Positions 38,060-52,661 of a DNA stretch of 64,000 bases are shown here, in pieces. Source of the DNA: Auanema rhodensis. Lineage: Eukaryota > Animalia > Nematoda. The stretch covers positions 1,674,001 through 1,738,000 of the forward strand of contig OZ059897.1 of assembly GCA_964057225.1 (NCBI GenBank). The letters run 5' to 3'. The notes below the pieces were generated by a model. It saw only the letters and a list, made by a program, of their open reading frames with translations, searched no databases and was not told the DNA's origin. Each line of letters opens with the position of its first letter. Positions within the stretch are counted from its first letter, which is position 1. The position numbers and the translations under genes were made by a program.

Positions 38060-41000
38060 ATGTTATTCAACGAAAAAATTAATTCTTCAGGGTGAAAATC
38101 GAGGATTTAAGTGTGAACTTATATCAGTTGATATCTCGGTGAATTTTTAAGCTAGCGCAAATCTGACAACACAGATCGACGCAGCTTAAAAATCCGCATC
38201 GAATGCACTATACTACATTGAGAAACGTTCAATACAAAAATTATTTATGATTGTTCGAAAAATGATGCATTAGTGTATGTTGAGTTTCCATGTACACTCA
38301 ACATTGCTTCCAAAAACATTTTGACAAAAATTTTCCCGAAAAATTTCAAGATAATTTTACGAAAAGTAGATGTTTTTAGATTTCTTTTTTTGAGGCGAAG
38401 AGGATGGACAATGTTATTCAACGAAAAAATTAATTCTTCAGGGTGAAAAACGAGGATATAAGTGTGAACTTATATCAGTTGATATCTCGGTGCATTTTTA
38501 AGCTAGCGCAAATCTGATAACACAGATCGACGCAGCTTAAAAATCCGCATCGAATGCATTATACTACATTGAGAAACGTTCAATACAAAAATTATTTATG
38601 ATTGTTCGAAAAATGATGCATTAGTGTATGTTGAGTTTCCATGTACACTCAACATTGCTTCCAAAAACATTTTGACAAAAATTTTCCCGAAAAATTTCAA
38701 GATAATTTTACGAAAAGTAGATGTTTTTAGATTTCTTTTTTCAAGGCGAAGACGATGAACAATGTTATTCAACGAAAAAATTAATTCTTCAGGGTGAAAA
38801 TCGAGGATATAAGTGTGAACTTATATCAGTTGATATCTCGGTGCATTTTTAAGCTAGCGCAAATCTGATAACACAGATCGACGCAGCTTAAAAATCCGCA
38901 TCGAATGCATTATACTACATTGAGAAACGTTCAATACAAAAATTATCTATGATTGTTCGAAAAATGATGCATTAGTGTATGTTGAGTTTCCATGTACACT
39001 CAACATTGCTTCCAAAAACATTTTGACAAAAATTTTCCCGAAAAATTTCAAGATAATTTTACGAAAAGTAGATGTTTTTAGATTTCTTTTTTTTAAGGCG
39101 AAGACGATGGACAATGTTATTCAACGAAAAAATTAATTCTTCAGGGTGAAAATCGAGGATATAAGTGTGAACTTATATCAGTTGATATCTCGGTGCATTT
39201 TTAAGCTAGCGCAAATCTGATCACACAGATCGACGCAGCTTAAAAATCCGCATCGAATGCACTATACTACATTGAGAAACGTTCAATACAAAAATTATTT
39301 ATGATTGTTCGAAAAATGATGCATTAGTGTATGTTGAGTTTCCATGTACACTCAACATTGCTTCCAAAAACATTTTGACAAAAATTTTCCCGAAAAATTT
39401 CAAGATAATTTAACAAAGAGTAGATGTTTTTAGTTTTTTTTTTTTAAGGAGAAGACGATGGACAATGTTATTCAACGAAAAAATTAATTCTTCAGGGTGA
39501 AAATCGAGGATTTAAGTGTGAACTTATATCAGTTGATATCTCGGTGAATTTTTAAGCTAGCGCAAATCTGATAACACAAATCGACGCAGTTTAAAAATCC
39601 GCATCGAATGCATTATACTACATTGAAAAACGCTCAATACAAAAATTAGTTATGATCGTTTGAAAAATGATGCATTAGTGTATGTTGAGTTTCCATGTAC
39701 ACTCAACATTGCTTCCAAAAACATTTTGACCAAAATTTTCCCGAAAAATTTCAAGATAATTTCACGAAAAGTAGATGTTTTTAGATTCCTTTTTTTAAGG
39801 CGAAGACGATGGTAAATGTTATTCAACGAAAAAATTAATTCTTCAGGGTGAAAATCGAGGATACAAGTGTGAACTTATATCAGTTGATATCTCGGTGAAT
39901 TTTTAAGCTAGCGCAAATCTGACAACACAGATCGACGCAGCTTAAAAATCCGCATCGAATGCACTATACTAAATTGAGAAACGTTCAATACAAAAATTAT
40001 TTATGATTGTTCGAAAAATGATGCATTAGTGTATGTTGAGTTTCCATGTACACTCAACATTGCTTCCAAAAACATTTTGACAAAAATTTTCCCGAAAAAT
40101 TTCAAGATAATTTTACGAAAAGTAGATGTTTTTAGATTTCTTTTTTTGAGGCGAAGAGGATGGACAATGTTATTCAACGAAAAAATTAATTCTTCAGGGT
40201 GAAAAACGAGGATATAAGTGTGAACTTATATCAGTTGATATCTCGGTGCATTTTTAAGCTAGCGCAAATCTGATAACACAGATCGACGCAGCTTAAAAAT
40301 GCGCATCGAATGCATTATACTACATTGAGAAACGTTCAATACAAAAATTATTTATGATTGTTCGAAAAATGATGCATTAGTGTATGTTGAGTTTCCATGT
40401 ACACTCAACATTGCTTCCAAAAACATTTTGACAAAAATTTTCCCGAAAAATTTCAAGATAATTTTACGAAAAGTAGATGTTTTTAGATTTCTTTTTTCAA
40501 GGCGAAGACGATGAACAATGTTATTCAACGAAAAAATTAATTCTTCAGGGTGAAAATCGAGGATATAAGTGTGAACTTATATCAGTTGATATCTCGGTGC
40601 ATTTTTAAGCTAGCGCAAATCTGATAACACAGATCGACGCAGCTTAAAAATCCGCATCGAATGCATTATACTACATTGAGAAACGTTCAATACAAAAATT
40701 ATCTATGATTGTTCGAAAAATGATGCATTAGTGTATGTTGAGTTTCCATGTACACTCAACATTGCTTCCAAAAACATTTTGACAAAAATTTTCCCGAAAA
40801 ATTTCAAGATAATTTTACGAAAAGTAGATGTTTTTAGATTTCTTTTTTTGAGGCGAAGAGGATGGACAATGTTATTCAACGAAAAAATTAATTCTTCAGG
40901 GTGAAAATCGAGGATATAAGTGTGAACTTATATCAGTTGATATCTCGGTGCATTTTTAAGCTAGCGCAAATCTGATAACACAGATCGACGCAGCTTGAAA

Positions 41001-44000
41001 ATTTGTTTCGAATGCACTATACCACATTGAAAAACGCTCAATACAAAAATTATTTATGATTGTTTGAAAAATGATGCATTAGTGTATGTTGAGTTTCCAT
41101 GTACACTCAACATTGCTTCCAAAAACATTTTGACCAAAATTTTCCCGAAAAATTTCAAGATAATTTAACAAAGAGTAGATGTTTTTAGATTCCTTTTTTT
41201 AAGGCGAAGACGATGGTAAATGTTATTCAACGAAAAAATTAATTCTTCAGGGTGAAAATCGAGGATACAAGTGTGAACTTATATCAGTTGATATCTCGGT
41301 GAATTTTTAAGCTAGCGCAAATCTGACAACACAGATCGACGCAGCTTAAAAATCCGCATCGAATGCACTATACTAAATTGAGAAACGTTCAATACAAAAA
41401 TTATTTATGATTGTTCGAAAAATGATGCATTAGTGTATGTTGAGTTTCCATGTACACTCAACATTGCTTCCAAAAACATTTTGACAAAAATTTTCCCGAA
41501 AAATTTCAAGATAATTTTACGAAAAGTAGATGTTTTTAGATTTCTTTTTTTGAGGCGAAGAGGATGGACAATGTTATTCAACGAAAAAATTAATTCTTCA
41601 GGGTGAAAAACGAGGATATAAGTGTGAACTTATATCAGTTGATATCTCGGTGCATTTTTAAGCTAGCGCAAATCTGATAACACAGATCGACGCAGCTTAA
41701 AAATCCGCATCGAATGCATTATACTACATTGAGAAACGTTCAATACAAAAATTATTTATGATTGTTCGAAAAATGATGCATTAGTGTATGTTGAGTTTCC
41801 ATGTACACTCAACATTGCTTCCAAAAACATTTTGACAAAAATTTTCCCGAAAAATTTCAAGATAATTTTACGAAAAGTAGATGTTTTTAGATTTCTTTTT
41901 TTGAGGCGAAGAGGATGGACAATGTTATTCAACGAAAAAATTAATTCTTCAGGGTGAAAATCGAGGATTTAAGTGTGAACTTATATCAGTTGATATCTCG
42001 GTGAATTTTTAAGCTAGCGCAAATCTGACAACACAGATCGACGCAGCTTAAAAATCCGCATCGAATGCACTATACTACATTGAGAAACGTTCAATACAAA
42101 AATTATTTATGATTGTTCGAAAAATGATGCATTAGTGTATGTTGAGTTTCCATGTACACTCAACATTGCTTCCAAAAACATTTTGACAAAAATTTTCCCG
42201 AAAAATTTCAAGATAATTTTACGAAAAGTAGATGTTTTTAGATTTCTTTTTTTGAGGCGAAGAGGATGGACAATGTTATTCAACGAAAAAATTAATTCTT
42301 CAGGGTGAAAAACGAGGATATAAGTGTGAACTTATATCAGTTGATATCTCGGTGCATTTTTAAGCTAGCGCAAATCTGATAACACAGATCGACGCAGCTT
42401 AAAAATCCGCATCGAATGCATTATACTACATTGAGAAACGTTCAATACAAAAATTATTTATGATTGTTCGAAAAATGATGCATTAGTGTATGTTGAGTTT
42501 CCATGTACACTCAACATTGCTTCCAAAAACATTTTGACAAAAATTTTCCCGAAAAATTTCAAGATAATTTTACGAAAAGTAGATGTTTTTAGATTTCTTT
42601 TTTCAAGGCGAAGACGATGAACAATGTTATTCAACGAAAAAATTAATTCTTCAGGGTGAAAATCGAGGATATAAGTGTGAACTTATATCAGTTGATATCT
42701 CGGTGCATTTTTAAGCTAGCGCAAATCTGATAACACAGATCGACGCAGCTTAAAAATCCGCATCGAATGCATTATACTACATTGAGAAACGTTCAATACA
42801 AAAATTATCTATGATTGTTCGAAAAATGATGCATTAGTGTATGTTGAGTTTCCATGTACACTCAACATTGCTTCCAAAAACATTTTGACAAAAATTTTCC
42901 CGAAAAATTTCAAGATAATTTTACGAAAAGTAGATGTTTTTAGATTTCTTTTTTTTAAGGCGAAGACGATGGACAATGTTATTCAACGAAAAAATTAATT
43001 CTTCAGGGTGAAAATCGAGGATATAAGTGTGAACTTATATCAGTTGATATCTCGGTGCATTTTTAAGCTAGCGCAAATCTGATCACACAGATCGACGCAG
43101 CTTAAAAATCCGCATCGAATGCACTATACTACATTGAGAAACGTTCAATACAAAAATTATTTATGATTGTTCGAAAAATGATGCATTAGTGTATGTTGAG
43201 TTTCCATGTACACTCAACATTGCTTCCAAAAACATTTTGACAAAAATTTTCCCGAAAAATTTCAAGATAATTTAACAAAGAGTAGATGTTTTTAGTTTTT
43301 TTTTTTTAAGGAGAAGACGATGGACAATGTTATTCAACGAAAAAATTAATTCTTCAGGGTGAAAATCGAGGATTTAAGTGTGAACTTATATCAGTTGATA
43401 TCTCGGTGAATTTTTAAGCTAGCGCAAATCTGATAACACAAATCGACGCAGTTTAAAAATCCGCATCGAATGCATTATACTACATTGAAAAACGCTCAAT
43501 ACAAAAATTAGTTATGATCGTTTGAAAAATGATGCATTAGTGTATGTTGAGTTTCCATGTACACTCAACATTGCTTCCAAAAACATTTTGACCAAAATTT
43601 TCCCGAAAAATTTCAAGATAATTTCACGAAAAGTAGATGTTTTTAGATTCCTTTTTTTAAGGCGAAGACGATGGTAAATGTTATTCAACGAAAAAATTAA
43701 TTCTTCAGGGTGAAAATCGAGGATACAAGTGTGAACTTATATCAGTTGATATCTCGGTGAATTTTTAAGCTAGCGCAAATCTGACAACACAGATCGACGC
43801 AGCTTAAAAATCCGCATCGAATGCACTATACTAAATTGAGAAACGTTCAATACAAAAATTATTTATGATTGTTCGAAAAATGATGCATTAGTGTATGTTG
43901 AGTTTCCATGTACACTCAACATTGCTTCCAAAAACATTTTGACAAAAATTTTCCCGAAAAATTTCAAGATAATTTTACGAAAAGTAGATGTTTTTAGATT

Positions 44001-45762
44001 TCTTTTTTTGAGGCGAAGAGGATGGACAATGTTATTCAACGAAAAAATTAATTCTTCAGGGTGAAAAACGAGGATATAAGTGTGAACTTATATCAGTTGA
44101 TATCTCGGTGCATTTTTAAGCTAGCGCAAATCTGATAACACAGATCGACGCAGCTTAAAAATGCGCATCGAATGCATTATACTACATTGAGAAACGTTCA
44201 ATACAAAAATTATTTATGATTGTTCGAAAAATGATGCATTAGTGTATGTTGAGTTTCCATGTACACTCAACATTGCTTCCAAAAACATTTTGACAAAAAT
44301 TTTCCCGAAAAATTTCAAGATAATTTTACGAAAAGTAGATGTTTTTAGATTTCTTTTTTCAAGGCGAAGACGATGAACAATGTTATTCAACGAAAAAATT
44401 AATTCTTCAGGGTGAAAATCGAGGATATAAGTGTGAACTTATATCAGTTGATATCTCGGTGCATTTTTAAGCTAGCGCAAATCTGATAACACAGATCGAC
44501 GCAGCTTAAAAATCCGCATCGAATGCATTATACTACATTGAGAAACGTTCAATACAAAAATTATCTATGATTGTTCGAAAAATGATGCATTAGTGTATGT
44601 TGAGTTTCCATGTACACTCAACATTGCTTCCAAAAACATTTTGACAAAAATTTTCCCGAAAAATTTCAAGATAATTTTACGAAAAGTAGATGTTTTTAGA
44701 TTTCTTTTTTTGAGGCGAAGAGGATGGACAATGTTATTCAACGAAAAAATTAATTCTTCAGGGTGAAAATCGAGGATATAAGTGTGAACTTATATCAGTT
44801 GATATCTCGGTGCATTTTTAAGCTAGCGCAAATCTGATAACACAGATCGACGCAGCTTGAAAATTTGTTTCGAATGCACTATACCACATTGAAAAACGCT
44901 CAATACAAAAATTATTTATGATTGTTTGAAAAATGATGCATTAGTGTATGTTGAGTTTCCATGTACACTCAACATTGCTTCCAAAAACATTTTGACCAAA
45001 ATTTTCCCGAAAAATTTCAAGATAATTTAACAAAGAGTAGATGTTTTTAGATTCCTTTTTTTAAGGCGAAGACGATGGTAAATGTTATTCAACGAAAAAA
45101 TTAATTCTTCAGGGTGAAAATCGAGGATACAAGTGTGAACTTATATCAGTTGATATCTCGGTGAATTTTTAAGCTAGCGCAAATCTGACAACACAGATCG
45201 ACGCAGCTTAAAAATCCGCATCGAATGCACTATACTAAATTGAGAAACGTTCAATACAAAAATTATTTATGATTGTTCGAAAAATGATGCATTAGTGTAT
45301 GTTGAGTTTCCATGTACACTCAACATTGCTTCCAAAAACATTTTGACAAAAATTTTCCCGAAAAATTTCAAGATAATTTTACGAAAAGTAGATGTTTTTA
45401 GATTTCTTTTTTTGAGGCGAAGAGGATGGACAATGTTATTCAACGAAAAAATTAATTCTTCAGGGTGAAAAACGAGGATATAAGTGTGAACTTATATCAG
45501 TTGATATCTCGGTGCATTTTTAAGCTAGCGCAAATCTGATAACACAGATCGACGCAGCTTAAAAATCCGCATCGAATGCATTATACTACATTGAGAAACG
45601 TTCAATACAAAAATTATTTATGATTGTTCGAAAAATGATGCATTAGTGTATGTTGAGTTTCCATGTACACTCAACATTGCTTCCAAAAACATTTTGACAA
45701 AAATTTTCCCGAAAAATTTCAAGATAATTTTACGAAAAGTAGATGTTTTTAGATTTCTTTTT
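38060..45762. repeat. 11-monomer tandem duplication, period 3862 bp, built on a 5-mer
   Basis: AAAATGCGCATC (G at 40301/44163), CTGATCACAC (~39219/43081), AGGAGAAG (~39447/43309). The underlying 5-mer has period 1756 (monomers 37213 vs 38969). Confidence 0.87.
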
Positions 45763-48700
45763 TCAAGGCGAAGACGATGAACAATGTTATTCAACGAAAA
45801 AATTAATTCTTCAGGGTGAAAATCGAGGATATAAGTGTGAACTTATATCAGTTGATATCTCGGTGCATTTTTAAGGTAGCGCAAATCTGATAACACAGAT
45901 CGACGCAGCTTAAAAATCCGCATCGAATGCATTATACTACATTGAGAAACGTTCAATACAAAAATTATCTATGATTGTTCGAAAAATGATGCATTAGTGT
46001 ATGTTGAGTTTCCATGTACACTCAACATTGCTTCCAAAAACATTTTGACAAAAATTTTCCCGAAAAATTTCAAGATAATTTTACGAAAAGTAGATGTTTT
46101 TAGATTTCTTTTTTTAAGGCGAAGAGGATGGACAATGTTATTCAACGAAAAAATTAATTCTTCAGGGTGAAAATCGAGGATATAAGTGTGAACTTATATC
46201 AGTTGATATCTCGGTGCATTTTTAAGCTAGCGCAAATCTGATAACACAGATCGACGCAGCTTAAAAATCCGCATCGAATGCATTATACTACATTGAGAAA
46301 CGTTCAATACAAAAATTATTTATGATTGTTCGAAAAATGATGCATTAGTGTATGTTGAATTTCCATGTACACTCAACATTGCTTCCAAAAACATTTTGAC
46401 AAAAATTTTCCCGAAAAATTTCAAGATAATTTTACGAAAAGTAGATGTTTTTAGATTTCTTTTTTCAAGGCGAAGACGATGAACAATGTTATTCAACGAA
46501 AAAATTAATTCTTCAGGGTGAAAATCGAGGATATAAGTGTGAACTTATATCAGTTGATATCTCGGTGCATTTTTAAGGTAGCGCAAATCTGATAACACAG
46601 ATCGACGCAGCTTAAAAATCCGCATCGAATGCATTATACTACATTGAGAAACGTTCAATACAAAAATTATCTATGATTGTTCGAAAAATGATGCATTAGT
46701 GTATGTTGAGTTTCCATGTACACTCAACATTGCTTCCAAAAACATTTTGACAAAAATTTTCCCGAAAAATTTCAAGATAATTTTACGAAAAGTAGATGTT
46801 TTTAGATTTCTTTTTTTAAGGCGAAGAGGATGGACAATGTTATTCAACGAAAAAATTAATTCTTCAGGGTGAAAATCGAGGATATAAGTGTGAACTTATA
46901 TCAGTTGATATCTCGGTGCATTTTTAAGCTAGCGCAAATCTGATAACACAGATCGACGCAGCTTAAAAATCCGCATCGAATGCATTATACTACATTGAGA
47001 AACGTTCAATACAAAAATTATTTATGATTGTTCGAAAAATGATGCATTAGTGTATGTTGAATTTCCATGTACACTCAACATTGCTTCCAAAAACATTTTG
47101 ACAAAAATTTTCCCGAAAAATTTCAAGATAATTTTACGAAAAGTAGATGTTTTTAGATTTCTTTTTTCAAGGCGAAGACGATGAACAATGTTATTCAACG
47201 AAAAAATTAATTCTTCAGGGTGAAAATCGAGGATATAAGTGTGAACTTATATCAGTTGATATCTCGGTGAATTTTTAAGCTAGCGCAAATCTGATAACAC
47301 AGATCGACGCAGCTTAAAAATCCGCATCGAATGCATTATACTACATTGAGAAACGTTAAATACAAAAATTATCTATGATTGTTCGAAAAATGATGCATTA
47401 GTGTATGTTGAGTTTCCATGTACACTCAACATTGCTTCCAAAAACATTTTGACAAAAATTTTCCCGAAAAATTTCAGGATAATTTTACGAAAAGTAGATG
47501 TTTTTAGATTTCTTTTTTTAAGGCGAAGACGATGGACAATGTTATTCAACGAAAAAATTAATTCTTCAGGGTGAAAATCGAGGATATAAGTGTGAACTTA
47601 TATCAGTTGATATCTCGGTGCATTTTTAAGCTAGCGCAAATCTGATAACACAGATCGACGCAGCTTAAAAATCCGCATCGAATGCATTATACTACATTGA
47701 GAAACGTTCAATACAAAAATTATCTATGATTGTTCGAAAAATGATGCATTAGTGTATGTTGAGTTTCCATGTACACTCAACATTGCTTCCAAAAACATTT
47801 TGACAAAAATTTTCCCGAAAAATTTCAAGATAATTTTACGAAAAATAGATGTTTTTAGATTTCTTTTTTTAAGGCGAAGACGATGGACAATGTTATTCAA
47901 CGAAAAAATTAATTCTTCAGGGTGAAAATCGAGGATATAAGTGTGAACTTATATCAGTTGATATCTCGGTGCATTTTTAAGCTAGCGCAAATCTGATAAC
48001 ACAGATCGACGCAGCTTAAAAATCCGCATCGAATGCACTATACTACATTGAGAAACGTTCAATACAAAAATTAGTTATGATCGTTTGAAAAATGATGCAT
48101 TAGTGTATGTTGAGTTTCCATGTACACTCAACATTGCTTCCAAAAACATTTTGACAAAAATTTTCCCGAAAAATTTCAAGATAATTTAACAAAGAGTAGA
48201 TGTTTTTAGATTCTTTTTTTCAAGGCGAAGACGATGGACAATGTTATTCAACGAAAAAATTAATTCTTCAGGGTGAAAATCGAGGATATAAGTGTGAACT
48301 TATATCAGTTGATATCTTGGTGCATTTTTAAGCTAGCGCAAATCTGATAACACAGATCGACGCAGCTTAAAAATTTGTTTTGAATGCACTATACCACATT
48401 GAGAAACGCTCAATACAAAAGTTATTTATGATTGTTTGAAAAATGATGCATTAGTGTATGTTGAGTTTCCATGTACACTCAACATTGCTTCCAAAAACAT
48501 TTTGACCAAAATTTTCCCGAAAAATTTCAAGATAATTTTACGAAAAGTAGATGTTTTTAGATTTCTTTTTTTTAAGGCGAAGACGATGGACAATGTTATT
48601 CAACGAAAAAATTAATTCTTCAGGGTGAAAATCGAGGATATAAGTGTGAACTTATATCAGTTGATATCTCGGTGCATTTTTAAGCTAGCGCAAATCTGAT

Positions 48701-51700
48701 CACACAGATCGACGCAGCTTAAAAATCCGCATCGAATGCACTATACTACATTGAGAAACGTTCAATACAAAAATTATTTATGATTGTTCGAAAAATGATG
48801 CATTAGTGTATGTTGAGTTTCCATGTACACTCAACATTGCTTCCAAAAACATTTTGACAAAAATTTTCCCGAAAAATTTCAAGATAATTTAACAAAGAGT
48901 AGATGTTTTTAGTTTTTTTTTTTTTAAGGAGAAGACGATGGACAATGTTATTCAACGAAAAAATTAATTCTTCAGGGTGAAAATCGAGGATTTAAGTGTG
49001 AACTTATATCAGTTGATATCTCGGTGAATTTTTAAGCTAGCGCAAATCTGATAACACAAATCGACGCGGTTTAAAAATCCGCATCGAATGCATTATACTA
49101 CATTGAAAAACGCTCAATACAAAAATTAGTTATGATCGTTTGAAAAATGATGCATTAGTGTATGTTGAGTTTCCATGTACACTCAACATTGCTTCCAAAA
49201 ACATTTTGACCAAAATTTTCCCGAAAAATTTCAAGATAATTTCACGAAAAGTAGATGTTTTTAGATTCCTTTTTTTAAGGCGAAGACGATGGTAAATGTT
49301 ATTCAACGAAAAAATTAATTCTTCAGGGTGAAAATCGAGGATACAAGTGTGAACTTATATCAGTTGATATCTCGGTGAATTTTTAAGCTAGCGCAAATCT
49401 GACAACACAGATCGACGCAGCTTAAAAATCCGCATCGAATGCACTATACTACATTGAGAAACGTTCAATACAAAAATTATTTATGATTGTTCGAAAAATG
49501 ATGCATTAGTGTATGTTGAGTTTCCATGTACACTCAACATTGCTTCCAAAAACATTTTGACAAAAATTTTCCCGAAAAATTTCAAGATAATTTTACGAAA
49601 AGTAGATGTTTTTAGATTTCTTTTTTTGAGGCGAAGAGGATGGACAATGTTATTCAACGAAAAAATTAATTCTTCAGGGTGAAAAACGAGGATATAAGTG
49701 TGAACTTATATCAGTTGATATCTCGGTGCATTTTTAAGCTAGCGCAAATCTGATAACACAGATCGACGCAGCTTAAAAATCCGCATCGAATGCATTATAC
49801 TACATTGAGAAACGTTCAATACAAAAATTATTTATGATTGTTCGAAAAATGATGCATTAGTGTATGTTGAGTTTCCATGTACACTCAACATTGCTTCCAA
49901 AAACATTTTGACAAAAATTTTCCCGAAAAATTTCAAGATAATTTTACGAAAAGTAGATGTTTTTAGATTTCTTTTTTCAAGGCGAAGACGATGAACAATG
50001 TTATTCAACGAAAAAATTAATTCTTCAGGGTGAAAATCGAGGATATAAGTGTGAACTTATATCAGTTGATATCTCGGTGCATTTTTAAGCTAGCGCAAAT
50101 CTGATAACACAGATCGACGCAGCTTAAAAATCCGCATCGAATGCATTATACTACATTGAGAAACGTTCAATACAAAAATTATCTATGATTGTTCGAAAAA
50201 TGATGCATTAGTGTATGTTGAGTTTCCATGTACACTCAACATTGCTTCCAAAAACATTTTGACAAAAATTTTCCCGAAAAATTTCAAGATAATTTTACGA
50301 AAAGTAGATGTTTTTAGATTTCTTTTTTTAAGGCGAAGAGGATGGACAATGTTATTCAACGAAAAAATTAATTCTTCAGGGTGAAAATCGAGGATATAAG
50401 TGTGAACTTATATCAGTTGATATCTCGGTGCATTTTTAAGCTAGCGCAAATCTGATAACACAGATCGACGCAGCTTAAAAATCCGCATCGAATGCATTAT
50501 ACTACATTGAGAAACGTTCAATACAAAAATTATTTATGATTGTTCGAAAAATGATGCATTAGTGTATGTTGAATTTCCATGTACACTCAACATTGCTTCC
50601 AAAAACATTTTGACAAAAATTTTCCCGAAAAATTTCAAGATAATTTTACGAAAAGTAGATGTTTTTAGATTTCTTTTTTCAAGGCGAAGACGATGAACAA
50701 TGTTATTCAACGAAAAAATTAATTCTTCAGGGTGAAAATCGAGGATATAAGTGTGAACTTATATCAGTTGATATCTCGGTGAATTTTTAAGCTAGCGCAA
50801 ATCTGATAACACAGATCGACGCAGCTTAAAAATCCGCATCGAATGCATTATACTACATTGAGAAACGTTCAATACAAAAATTATCTATGATTGTTCGAAA
50901 AATGATGCATTAGTGTATGTTGAGTTTCCATGTACACTCAACATTGCTTCCAAAAACATTTTGACAAAAATTTTCCCGAAAAATTTCAGGATAATTTTAC
51001 GAAAAGTAGATGTTTTTAGATTTCTTTTTTTAAGGCGAAGACGATGGACAATGTTATTCAACGAAAAAATTAATTCTTCAGGGTGAAAATCGAGGATATA
51101 AGTGTGAACTTATATCAGTTGATATCTCGGTGCATTTTTAAGCTAGCGCAAATCTGATAACACAGATCGACGCAGCTTAAAAATCCGCATCGAATGCATT
51201 ATACTACATTGAGAAACGTTCAATACAAAAATTATCTATGATTGTTCGAAAAATGATGCATTAGTGTATGTTGAGTTTCCATGTACACTCAACATTGCTT
51301 CCAAAAACATTTTGACAAAAATTTTCCCGAAAAATTTCAAGATAATTTTACGAAAAATAGATGTTTTTAGATTTCTTTTTTTAAGGCGAAGACGATGGAC
51401 AATGTTATTCAACGAAAAAATTAATTCTTCAGGGTGAAAATCGAGGATATAAGTGTGAACTTATATCAGTTGATATCTCGGTGAATTTTTAAGCTAGCGC
51501 AAATCTGATAACACAGATCGACGCAGCTTAAAAATCCGCATCGAATGCATTATACTACATTGAGAAACGTTCAATACAAAAATTATCTATGATTGTTCGA
51601 AAAATGATGCATTAGTGTATGTTGAGTTTCCATGTACACTCAACATTGCTTCCAAAAACATTTTGACAAAAATTTTCCCGAAAAATTTCAGGATAATTTT

Positions 51701-52661
51701 ACGAAAAGTAGATGTTTTTAGATTTCTTTTTTTAAGGCGAAGACGATGGACAATGTTATTCAACGAAAAAATTAATTCTTCAGGGTGAAAATCGAGGATA
51801 TAAGTGTGAACTTATATCAGTTGATATCTCGGTGCATTTTTAAGCTAGCGCAAATCTGATAACACAGATCGACGCAGCTTAAAAATCCGCATCGAATGCA
51901 TTATACTACATTGAGAAACGTTCAATACAAAAATTATCTATGATTGTTCGAAAAATGATGCATTAGTGTATGTTGAGTTTCCATGTACACTCAACATTGC
52001 TTCCAAAAACATTTTGACAAAAATTTTCCCGAAAAATTTCAAGATAATTTTACGAAAAATAGATGTTTTTAGATTTCTTTTTTTAAGGCGAAGACGATGG
52101 ACAATGTTATTCAACGAAAAAATTAATTCTTCAGGGTGAAAATCGAGGATATAAGTGTGAACTTATATCAGTTGATATCTCGGTGCATTTTTAAGCTAGC
52201 GCAAATCTGATAACACAGATCGACGCAGCTTAAAAATCCGCATCGAATGCATTATACTACATTGAGAAACGTTCAATACAAAAATTATCTATGATTGTTC
52301 GAAAAATGATGCATTAGTGTATGTTGAGTTTCCATGTACACTCAACATTGCTTCCAAAAACATTTTGACAAAAATTTTCCCGAAAAATTTCAAGATAATT
52401 TTACGAAAAATAGATGTTTTTAGATTTCTTTTTTTAAGGCGAAGACGATGGACAATGTTATTCAACGAAAAAATTAATTCTTCAGGGTGAAAATCGAGGA
52501 TATAAGTGTGAACTTATATCAGTTGATATCTCGGTGCATTTTTAAGCTAGCGCAAATCTGATAACACAGATCGACGCAGCTTAAAAATCCGCATCGAATG
52601 CATTATACTACATTGAAAAACGCTCAATACAAAAATTAGTTATGATCGTTTGAAAAATGAT
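45640..52661. repeat. Mixed dimer and 10-mer higher-order repeats
   Basis: TTAAGGTAGC ~45871/46573 and GTTGAATTT 46359/47061 are 702 bp apart. GTTGAATTT 47061/50573 and TTTCAGGAT ~47477/50989 are 3512 bp apart. TTTCAGGAT recurs at ~51691 (702 bp further). Confidence 0.72.
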
